From: a virus
IMG/VR virus record: IMGVR_UViG_3300045988_105999
Location: 1 to 40,616 of that record
Strand: one strand, 5' to 3'
DNA: 40,616 nucleotides
Of the stretch, positions 17,567-24,092 are shown piece after piece (the stretch's first letter is position 1; every line of letters starts with the position of its first letter). The notes beneath the pieces were generated by a model that was given only the letters and a program-made list of their open reading frames with translations, searched no databases and was not told where the DNA came from. The translations under genes and the position numbers were made by a program.

Positions 17567-19055
17567 GGATCTTATCTCCTTTTCCTATAGATTTTGCCTT
17601 GTTTATCCTTTTCGGGATGTTGAAATCACCCCTCCGTGCCTGCCTCATGGTCTGCCGGAAGGTACGTTTATGAATGAGCCTTGCGAGTGCCTGCGACATA
17701 CTGTCAACCATATCGTCATGTGCTCCGCTAGGAAATGAGGCGCACTGGTCCATAAACTCCCATGTGAACTTCTTATCCCTCGGCAGATACACGCATCCGG
17801 CTTCGATCGCGAAGGAAACATGATTAACACGAGCCTCCTTACTCGCATCCGGCTGAACCGCTATAATTCCGGTCAACTGGTCCCTAAGAGTTTGTATAAT
17901 TCCGGTACCGTTTGCCTTATCTTCTATCAAAATGGCTGTAATCTGCGGATATTTCGCCTTTACAAGCTTGATTTTTCTTACGGTGTTCGGGAAATCCAGA
18001 TGCACATTGTAGCAATCTATGAGGTAATACCGGTTTGCCTTCTTCCCCCAGACTTCGATCGCTACATAGTCGTTTTTCGCCTGATCCTTAAAGGCAGCAT
18101 CCACGGACATTATCATATTGTCCATTTTTAGCGTGCCGTTCTCAAAGTCGCTGTAGTCGTAATACTGCCACCACTCACGCTTGAGCATATTACCTTCTTT
18201 TGCGGTAGGTCTGCCCTGATACAGTGCATTCCACGACCGGATACCCTCCTCCGTCATGTGAGCCTTCTTGAAATCTGCCAGCCAAGCGTTATCCTTGCCG
18301 ATTTCCGGGCAAAGCGCATCCCCCGGTTTTCTGCCTAAAGGATCGTCTTCTTCTGCCTCGCACGGCAGGTTGATAACCGTTGTTCTATCGGCGTACCTGT
18401 CCATGAGTCGCCCTGCAAGATCGTCTTCATGCCACCTAGTCATGATCAGAATGACTTTCCCGCCGGCAGAAATACGGGACTCGATAGAGTCGATATAATC
18501 GCTCCACTTCTTGTTTCTGTCCGTCTCGGAGTCGGCTTCGACTCTGTTCTTGACCGGGTCGTCTATGATTATCAGGTCAGCCGGGTTACCAGTAAGACCG
18601 GATCCATAGCCTGCACTTATCATCACGCCGCTATGGTTCGCAATTCTAAACTCCTGTGCATTGGCTTTCTTTGGGTCCAGTTTGACACCGAAGACTTTCC
18701 CATAAGTCTTCACCTTGTCCAGATTCTGCTTGCCGAATCTCTGTGCAAGGCTATCTCCGTAGGAAACCGCAATGACTTTCTTGTCTGGGTTCCGCATCAG
18801 ATACCACGAAGGAAGCGTCGCCGTTATGGTTGTCGATTTACCATGCTGCGGCGGAGTATTGAGAATCAGTATCTCATATGCCTTCTCCGTTGGCTTTTCG
18901 ATGAACTCCTGCGCTTTTTCACACAGGAATTTATGAAATTTACTCGGGACCCATAAAAGCTCATTTTCGCTCCTGCCGTCGTTATGAACGTGGTAGCAAT
19001 AGAACTTGTAATTCGCCTGCACGTTTTGTAAATACACATCCTGTGCTGTCAACAT
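17556..19055 (-). CDS. terL: Terminase large subunit, 499 aa
   Basis: Walker A-like PPQHGKST, Walker B LIIIDDP, coupling motif MTRWHEDDL, and a C-terminal nuclease region (VDAAFKD, HDDMVDS). ATG 19055 chosen because the longer track ORF overlaps the upstream gene. Confidence 0.9.
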   Translation of the reverse strand: MLTAQDVYLQNVQANYKFYCYHVHNDGRSENELLWVPSKFHKFLCEKAQEFIEKPTEKAYEILILNTPPQHGKSTTITATLPSWYLMRNPDKKVIAVSYGDSLAQRFGKQNLDKVKTYGKVFGVKLDPKKANAQEFRIANHSGVMISAGYGSGLTGNPADLIIIDDPVKNRVEADSETDRNKKWSDYIDSIESRISAGGKVILIMTRWHEDDLAGRLMDRYADRTTVINLPCEAEEDDPLGRKPGDALCPEIGKDNAWLADFKKAHMTEEGIRSWNALYQGRPTAKEGNMLKREWWQYYDYSDFENGTLKMDNMIMSVDAAFKDQAKNDYVAIEVWGKKANRYYLIDCYNVHLDFPNTVRKIKLVKAKYPQITAILIEDKANGTGIIQTLRDQLTGIIAVQPDASKEARVNHVSFAIEAGCVYLPRDKKFTWEFMDQCASFPSGAHDDMVDSMSQALARLIHKRTFRQTMRQARRGDFNIPKRINKAKSIGKGDKIHVI

Positions 19056-19059
19056 GATT

Positions 19060-19416
19060 TTACATACACCCCGCTTTTTCAAAAGCAGTGAAAATCTTTG
19101 GTAGCTGAATTGCCAGCCAGTCAACCATTTCTTCGTGTCTTGCCCATCCACAGGAAGGAACGCTTGAAGAATCGGACAAGCCGCTTTCATTCAGGAAAGC
19201 ATGTATCAACTCATGTCTCAACGTTTTCTTCCTGTATGTCTCCTGTTCGTTTTTATCCATATGCCTAAAGTATTTTTCCTCTGACATATCAGCAACTACG
19301 ATCAGTTTACCTTCTTCCGCGCAGTAGCCAGCGAGTCGTCCTTCTTCCAACGCGGAATCCTCTGATACCTTGTGCGTTTCAATCGTATATTCTGTTCCCA
19401 AGACATCCACTTTCAT
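19060..19416 (-). CDS. Small HExxH zinc metallopeptidase, ImmA/IrrE (DUF955)-like, 118 aa
   Basis: GGAGGTTATGAC RBS. GYCAEEGKLIVVADMSEE...RKKTLRHELIHAFLNESG fits the ImmA/IrrE pattern (G....k.I.in......r.TL.HEL.H). Confidence 0.55.
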   Translation of the reverse strand: MKVDVLGTEYTIETHKVSEDSALEEGRLAGYCAEEGKLIVVADMSEEKYFRHMDKNEQETYRKKTLRHELIHAFLNESGLSDSSSVPSCGWARHEEMVDWLAIQLPKIFTAFEKAGCM

Positions 19417-19441
19417 GTCATAACCTCCGTTTTTCGCCCTT

Positions 19442-19517
19442 TGGAGCTCCGCACGGGATTTGAACCCATATCTCCAGATTACAAAACTGGCATTCTCCCT
19501 GATTGAACTAGCAGAGC
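19442..19517 (-). tRNA. tRNA-Thr (anticodon UGU), CCA encoded
   Basis: Hand fold of the minus strand: GCUCUGC-UA-GUUC-AAUCAGGGA-GAAU-G-CCAGU-UUUGUAA-UCUGG-AGAU-AUGGG-UUCAAAU-CCCGU-GCGGAGC-U-CCA. 76 nt. One U-U at 31:39. Confidence 0.8.
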
Positions 19518-19575
19518 AAATTACAGGGATGGCAACTAGTATTCAGCGGCTGTCCGCCACTGGCTATCCCCGATC

Positions 19576-19649
19576 AGGTGACGGGTGGACTCGAACCACC
19601 GCCCTGATGAGTTTTCACTCATCCTCTCTTCCAACTGAGCTACGCCACC
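19576..19649 (-). tRNA. Atypical tRNA, GAA (Phe-like) anticodon context, 8-nt (or 6-nt) anticodon loop, no encoded CCA
   Basis: GGUGGCG-UA-GCUC-AGUUGGAA-GAGA-G-GAUGA-GUGAAAAC-UCAUC-AGGGC-GGUGG-UUCGAGU-CCACC-CGUCACC-U. All arms are canonical except the anticodon loop length. Confidence 0.65.
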
Positions 19650-19866
19650 ATATTGCCTCGGTTTCGAGGTAATTAAAAAAGAGCCCTTGCTGGACCCTTT
19701 TTATATTTTGAAAAATTTTTTCCGTGCGTCAGAATTTGATGCACCTTTTTCTGGGGGTTACTTACGTGTGTGGTGCCCCCCACACCAATATTCCACTGAT
19801 AGCCCGGTCGCTCTGGGACACCGCCTTCCATTATATATAGTAAGAAGTGGTAGGCGGATCAAACCG

Positions 19867-19933
19867 CCTTCCTTCCTTTTCTTTTTTTTCTTCCTGCTCC
19901 CTCTCTGTATGTGGCGGGGTGGGGTGGGGTGGG
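19867..19933 (+). other. 40-nt polypyrimidine tract followed by a G-quadruplex-type motif
   Basis: 19867-19906 is C/T with one purine. 19916-19933 reads GGGG-T-GGGG-T-GGGG-T-GGG. Lies in the ORF-free gap between terS and the tRNAs. Confidence 0.7.
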
Positions 19934-20175
19934 TACCAGTTCTCGCCCCTGCGTGTTGTATGATTATGCAGTGGGTTAGGTGAAAACCCCGGGTTTTAAC
20001 CTATATTTCATACATCCCATTGTATAACTATGCGTGCATCATACCCGCTTCATCGGCTGTCCCCGTTGCAATCACTGCGTTTGAAGCGGTTCGAGTCATT
20101 TTCCCTTTAGAATATCTCAACTATGCCGATAATTTACATTAAGGGAATAGTTGCCCTCTTTCCTACATTATAAGG

Positions 20176-20835
20176 CTATTTCAGTAAGTCTATAGCCCTC
20201 TTTGCCTGTTCTGCACTGGCTATGACTAGGTTGTTAGTGACCTGCTGCGGTTGGCTGTCCTCCTGCCATCCGTGGACGGCTTTCAGAGAGAAGATGTCCC
20301 CCACTCGACCTTTGGAGTATAGCCGTTCCTCGGTCTGTTCCTCCACCCGCAAGACGGCTTTTTGCAACGCCTCCGAAAACATGATAAGCAGTATTTTCCG
20401 CCCTTCGTCGTCTGTAACTGTAGGAATGGCGCCGCCGTTGGCGTCGTCTAGCAGTTCATTAGGTATACTGTGTAGGTCTATGTATTGGAAGAGTAGGTGG
20501 TCATAGTCCCCGCCGATCATTTCGTACCAGGTGGATTTGCTGACCCCTGCCGCCCGGATCATTCCCGCGATTGTCAGCGGCTTGCTTTCTGCTGTCTGTT
20601 CGTCTATGTAGTCGTTTAGTCGCTGCATGATCCCGGTCAGGTCTTCCTGCTTGTACTTCCTCCCTTTGCGTCTCTTTTCTGCGATCTCTTTGTAACGCGC
20701 TACGTTCTCCGACTCTCTCCGGCTGATTTCTGCCAATTCTGCGCCGTTCCTGGGCTGTCCTGGTGTCCTGTTCCCTTTTTTGTGGGCGTTCGGCCCGTTG
20801 TCTTTGCTGCCCCTGTCCCATTGATTGATCGCCAC
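20176..20835 (-). CDS. terS: Terminase small subunit, 219 aa
   Basis: GTG start after GGAAAGGGGG. Central PLTIAGMIRAAGVSKSTWYEM HTH is typical of P27-type small terminases. First gene of the late block. Confidence 0.7.
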   Translation of the reverse strand: MAINQWDRGSKDNGPNAHKKGNRTPGQPRNGAELAEISRRESENVARYKEIAEKRRKGRKYKQEDLTGIMQRLNDYIDEQTAESKPLTIAGMIRAAGVSKSTWYEMIGGDYDHLLFQYIDLHSIPNELLDDANGGAIPTVTDDEGRKILLIMFSEALQKAVLRVEEQTEERLYSKGRVGDIFSLKAVHGWQEDSQPQQVTNNLVIASAEQAKRAIDLLK

Positions 20836-20861
20836 GGCTTCCGCCCCCTTTCCTACATCTA

Positions 20862-20917
20862 TATGAAAAAAAGACGATTTCCCCGGGCTGGACTGGTTGC
20901 CCGGTTCTTTTCGTCTT
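20862..20917 (-). terminator. Promoter-proximal intrinsic terminator in the terS leader
   Basis: Minus RNA: AAGACGA (20917-20911) ... UCGUCUU (20877-20871) outer stem, inner stem CCGGGC/GCCCGG, then a run of U (7 including the stem end), about 30 nt before the terS start. Confidence 0.65.
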
Positions 20918-20930
20918 ATTTCACATTACC

Positions 20931-20941
20931 ATTGTACCACA
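20931..20941 (-). promoter_or_regulatory. Late-operon promoter, extended -10 TGTGGTACAAT
   Basis: Reverse complement of attgtaccaca. A/T-rich upstream. Same 11-mer family as the promoters at 39246 and 40028. The hairpin starts about 14 nt downstream. Confidence 0.55.
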
Positions 20942-21033
20942 TTTTTATTGCTTCAATTTGAAGAAAACCGTTGAATTTTCAATGCTTTGCAGATTGTACG
21001 AAAAAAAATACAAGATTAAATTACAAAAATGTG

Positions 21034-21062
21034 TTGACACTCAAGGGTGTAAGAGTTAAGAT
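21034..21062 (+). promoter_or_regulatory. Sigma-70-type promoter of the plus-strand island
   Basis: TTGACA (21034-21039), 17-nt spacer, TAAGAT (21057-21062). About 120-nt leader before the first island gene. Confidence 0.6.
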
Positions 21063-21186
21063 ATAGTCACAGCAAAGGAAAAAGCGAATACAGAGATCAC
21101 CGGATGCGAGGAAATGGCATTAAATCCGGCGGGCAGATAAGACCCGACAAAACGATAAACGAATCAGACAACTAGGAGGTGATTCA

Positions 21187-21375
21187 ATGGGAAAAAGAGA
21201 ATACACCCCAGCAAGAGCCGAAGCAAACGCAAAGTATGACGCAAAGACATACAAAAAGATAAACATTGCCTTGCGGATCAAGGAAGACGCGGACATTATC
21301 GCAAGCCTTGAGGAAGCCAAGCAAAAGGATATAAGCAATCGTGAATGGCTCCGGGAGATTTTCGAGGGTAAATAA
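21187..21375 (+). CDS. Small Arc/CopG-like (RHH) protein, 62 aa
   Basis: AGGAGGTGATTCA RBS. AKYDAKTYKKINIALRIKEDADIIASLEEAKQKDISNREWLREIF fits the beta-strand + two-helix RHH pattern. Confidence 0.5.
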   Translation: MGKREYTPARAEANAKYDAKTYKKINIALRIKEDADIIASLEEAKQKDISNREWLREIFEGK

Positions 21376-21436
21376 GCCCTCTTTTCTCTTTAGTGTACCC
21401 AATAGTACACACGGAGCAAGGAAGGGAGAAAAAACA

Positions 21437-21883
21437 ATGAAGAAACATGAAATCACAATGAAAAAGATAACAAAAAGAATGTTTGGGCTGGTTCCCAAAA
21501 CAGAGATTTTCAACAATGACGCCGGAACGTGCACAATCAAATGCAACAACGGAGGCAGATACACTATAGAGGCGGAAAACGGAGATATCGCAACCCTGAC
21601 CGCCGGGGATCTGGTCAATAATTGGCATATCGTGTCCCGCCCCCGTTTCGTGGCGGAGTATTCCAACGACCACGGGGAAACATGGTTTACCGTTGCAGAA
21701 ACCATGACATACGACCCACAGGAAACAGTCTGGGCAATCATGGACTGGTTAGAGTGGGACGACCAGTCCGACGTCTGGGTGGCAATTCTGGACTATGACA
21801 CCCGGAAAAGAATAACTGAGGTCCTGGATCATGATGATCTGGACGGCCTCAATCATGGAGAAGACTTAGAGATTTTGGGGTAG
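21437..21883 (+). CDS. Hypothetical protein, 148 aa
   Basis: ATG 21437 follows GGGAGAAAAAACA (the longer track ORF overlaps the upstream gene). Acidic Trp-rich C-terminal half. Confidence 0.7.
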   Translation: MKKHEITMKKITKRMFGLVPKTEIFNNDAGTCTIKCNNGGRYTIEAENGDIATLTAGDLVNNWHIVSRPRFVAEYSNDHGETWFTVAETMTYDPQETVWAIMDWLEWDDQSDVWVAILDYDTRKRITEVLDHDDLDGLNHGEDLEILG

Positions 21884-21897
21884 AAAGGAGAAAAACC

Positions 21898-22626
21898 ATG
21901 ACATACGAAATTAGAGAAAACAGACAGTACAATTCACATGAAGTATACTTTGATGCTATCCCGCCGTTTGAAGTGCGGGATGCACTCAAAGGGTTAAAAA
22001 TGAAATGGAACAGAAAAAAAGCCTGCTGGTATGGGTTCGCCAGCGAGTCCGAGTTGATCGCAGCCATTCAGGGACACGATGAAGCCACGGTTATAACCGA
22101 TGGATACATGGGCGGCGGTGCTATTTACGGCAGCAAGTCAAATAAACCGCTGTACGGCTCAGACTTATCTAAAGCGATCCGGCAAGACATCAAGGCCGCA
22201 GGGATCAAGGGAGCGACAGTCTCTTGCAAGTCCTATTCTGGCGGGCAGTCAATCCTCGTTAAGGTCAAAGTGCATGATGAAGACATGGCAGACCTTGCAG
22301 AGTTCGCAGAGGATTACAAGGTAAAGGGTTCATGGTTCTACACCGGAACAGAACAGATCTTTGCGGACGACTACTACACAATGGATGCAGCGCAGCAGAA
22401 GGAAGTCCGGGAAGCCGCTGCAAAGTATGAGTGGGAACGCTCCCGGGATGGCATACAGATAAACAATTATCATTGCAGCAACTACCCGGTATACTCGCAG
22501 GAGTTTCTGGCAAAGCTCGAAGCGATCAATAGCATCGTTGCAGCGTACAGATACGACGAAAGCAACGGCATGGTTGACTACTACAGCACAAATTTCTATT
22601 ACACAATCGAAACAGTGGGGGCATAA
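21898..22626 (+). CDS. Hypothetical protein, 242 aa; N-terminal module resembles one seen on plasmid/ICE proteins
   Basis: AAAGGAGAAAAACC RBS. YNSHEVYFDAIPPFEVRDALKGLKMKWNRKKACWYGF pattern recognised from memory only (unverified). Confidence 0.65.
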   Translation: MTYEIRENRQYNSHEVYFDAIPPFEVRDALKGLKMKWNRKKACWYGFASESELIAAIQGHDEATVITDGYMGGGAIYGSKSNKPLYGSDLSKAIRQDIKAAGIKGATVSCKSYSGGQSILVKVKVHDEDMADLAEFAEDYKVKGSWFYTGTEQIFADDYYTMDAAQQKEVREAAAKYEWERSRDGIQINNYHCSNYPVYSQEFLAKLEAINSIVAAYRYDESNGMVDYYSTNFYYTIETVGA

Positions 22627-22647
22627 AGCCCCCGGAAAGGATACAAC

Positions 22648-22881
22648 ATGATAGTTTATATACCAACATACACCGGGCACGGGTGGGAAATCGTAAAAGC
22701 TGACACCGAAAAGACACTTGACGGGAAAAAGCAGTTTAGGCGGTTAGGCAACACGGAAGAAATCATTTACTGCGGGACAATCTACCACAGAGCTTACCGC
22801 ACCGAAGCAGAAGCCTATAAATACATTCATAAGGAATACGCAGAGCCGCTGACGTGGGATGAAATGGAGGGAGAACAATGA
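22648..22881 (+). CDS. Hypothetical protein, 77 aa
   Basis: GGAAAGGA RBS. Stop overlaps the next start (ATGA). Confidence 0.65.
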   Translation: MIVYIPTYTGHGWEIVKADTEKTLDGKKQFRRLGNTEEIIYCGTIYHRAYRTEAEAYKYIHKEYAEPLTWDEMEGEQ

Positions 22882-23015
22882 AGAAGATTATAATCACAGT
22901 AGTCTTCACGGCGGTATTTACCGCCCTGCTGACTGCAGGGGTTATGGTCAGAACCGCCCAGCCTGACCGGATGGTTGACATCACATGGGCGGGCAGTACA
23001 TGGCACTATGAATAG
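22878..23015 (+). CDS. Small secreted/membrane peptide, 45 aa (not in ORF track)
   Basis: GGAGGGAGAACA RBS. MKKIIITVVFTAVFTALLTAGVMVRTAQPDRMVDITWAGSTWHYE has a KK n-region, a hydrophobic core and a 24-aa polar tail. Confidence 0.55.
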   Translation: MKKIIITVVFTAVFTALLTAGVMVRTAQPDRMVDITWAGSTWHYE

Positions 23016-23026
23016 GAGGGAATACA

Positions 23027-23233
23027 ATGTCATTAGTAAGCAAAATCAAGAACGAGATACAGGAAGCAGAGAAGAAAATAATTCTCTGCAACGCCCAACT
23101 ATTGGACGCCGTGGAGCGAGAAGACGAGCCGTCTTGCTGCTACTGGAAAGCCAAGGCGGCTAACGCACAGGGGGAAATAACAGCACTTAATGATGTGCTG
23201 GACTGGATAGAATGGAACATTATCAAAGAATAG
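23027..23233 (+). CDS. Hypothetical protein, 68 aa
   Basis: AGGAGGGAATACA RBS. Helical composition. Confidence 0.65.
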   Translation: MSLVSKIKNEIQEAEKKIILCNAQLLDAVEREDEPSCCYWKAKAANAQGEITALNDVLDWIEWNIIKE

Positions 23234-23236
23234 CAC

Positions 23237-23281
23237 TTGACTTTACCGTTTGTATGGTATAATATATAAATATACCATACA
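23237..23281 (+). promoter_or_regulatory. Internal island promoter with overlapping 11-bp perfect inverted-repeat operator
   Basis: TTGACT (23237-42), 15-nt spacer, TGG-TATAAT extended -10 (23255-63). TGTATGGTATA (23251-61) and TATACCATACA (23271-81) are exact reverse complements, 9 bp apart. Confidence 0.6.
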
Positions 23282-23307
23282 AGCAGTATACCAAGGAGGG
23301 AAATATA

Positions 23308-23784
23308 ATGTATAACAAAGAGATGCTTTATAAATTGGGACAAATTTATACGTCCTTATTACATGTATTAAACGAGGCGGGAAAAGATCCCTATCCCACC
23401 TCAAGTATAGTGCCTTTAAAGTGCTTTATGATGGTGCACTTAAAGGCATCATATATAGGTATTCCCAGATGGTTAGAAAAAGAAATCGGGGAATTTATGG
23501 ATACCCTGGATGTGGACATAATGGACGAGTTGGAAACACCCGTTCCAATGAATCTGCGAGGGGCATGGGAAATCGGATGTTTCCACTATAAGGAGTTGGG
23601 GAAAATCCACCCGATCCGCACTATGCGGAAAAAACGGGGTCTAACCCAACAAGAACTAGCCGACAAGATTGGTGCAGAACAAAAGGATATTTCCAGGTGG
23701 GAAACATTTTCATGCAAACCATCCTCTGATAGCTTGAAAAAGTTATCAGAAGCTCTTGAATGCAGCATAGACGATATAGTATAG
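23308..23784 (+). CDS. Regulator with unknown N-terminal domain and C-terminal XRE-type HTH, 158 aa
   Basis: AAGGAGGGAAATATA RBS. C-terminal IRTMRKKRGLTQQELADKIGAEQKDISRWETFSCKPSSDSLKKLSEALECSIDDIV is a complete HTH_3 pattern. Confidence 0.7.
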   Translation: MYNKEMLYKLGQIYTSLLHVLNEAGKDPYPTSSIVPLKCFMMVHLKASYIGIPRWLEKEIGEFMDTLDVDIMDELETPVPMNLRGAWEIGCFHYKELGKIHPIRTMRKKRGLTQQELADKIGAEQKDISRWETFSCKPSSDSLKKLSEALECSIDDIV

Positions 23785-23796
23785 GAGGACAGATCA

Positions 23797-23976
23797 ATGA
23801 CAATCTACAAAGAGTGCATGGAGAGGCTCAACTCTCCAGAAGTAAAAGCGTACCGGGAGTTCATGGACAACCCGGACAACATCATGGAGTGCGACGATTG
23901 CCCAGAGAATACGGGCAATTCTCCGCTTCCATGTGGGCAACAGAACTGTTGGGTTGCCTGTCACTGCATAAAATAG
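23797..23976 (+). CDS. Cys-rich small protein, 59 aa (not in ORF track)
   Basis: AGGAGG RBS 8 nt upstream. MTIYKECMERLNSPEVKAYREFMDNPDNIMECDDCPENTGNSPLPCGQQNCWVACHCIK has 8 Cys. The 76-aa track ORF in another frame has no RBS. Confidence 0.6.
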   Translation: MTIYKECMERLNSPEVKAYREFMDNPDNIMECDDCPENTGNSPLPCGQQNCWVACHCIK

Positions 23977-23993
23977 CCCCGAAATGGTGAGAA

Positions 23994-24019
23994 GCCCCGG
24001 AGAATATCCGGGGCTTTTT
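23994..24019 (+). terminator. Intrinsic terminator closing the plus-strand island
   Basis: GCCCCGG-AGAATAT-CCGGGGC followed by TTTTTCTTTTTC. Confidence 0.8.
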
Positions 24020-24092
24020 CTTTTTCTCTGCTTAAATCGCCTTCATTTTTTTGCAGAAACACAACAAAATATCATATATTGGATTCACTTAT

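Noticed and set aside
19518-19575. Possible third tRNA or tRNA fragment in the 58-nt spacer between the two tRNAs
   Set aside because: The minus strand can form GGGAT/ATCCC and CAGTGG/CCGCTG stems. However, there is no T-arm (GTTCRANYC), no U33-type 7-nt loop, and the length is too short. It is treated as a structured processing spacer.
19460-19983. Plus-strand ORFs 19460-19672 (70 aa) and 19687-19983 (98 aa)
   Set aside because: The first is the antisense of the two tRNA genes. The second runs through the polypyrimidine/G4 tract (FFFFFLLPL, GGVGWV), has no RBS, and starts with a non-ATG codon.
20501-20821. 106-aa Arg-rich ORF in an alternative frame of terS
   Set aside because: It is fully nested in the terS coding region with no RBS. 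The Arg/Gln-rich composition is typical of an off-frame reading.
21069-21186. 118-nt leader of the island operon as a riboswitch
   Set aside because: It contains one CCGGAT/ATCCGG stem, but I recognise no riboswitch class consensus. This is insufficient evidence without a covariance-model scan.
21393-21410. Small palindrome GTGTAC-N6-GTACAC after the RHH gene as an operator or terminator
   Set aside because: It has only a 6-bp stem, no U-run, and a single occurrence, so it cannot be distinguished from chance.
23760-23990. 76-aa track ORF at the end of the island
   Set aside because: It has no RBS and a basic low-complexity sequence. The overlapping 59-aa frame starting at 23797 has AGGAGG at ideal spacing and a coherent Cys-rich sequence, so that frame was annotated instead.
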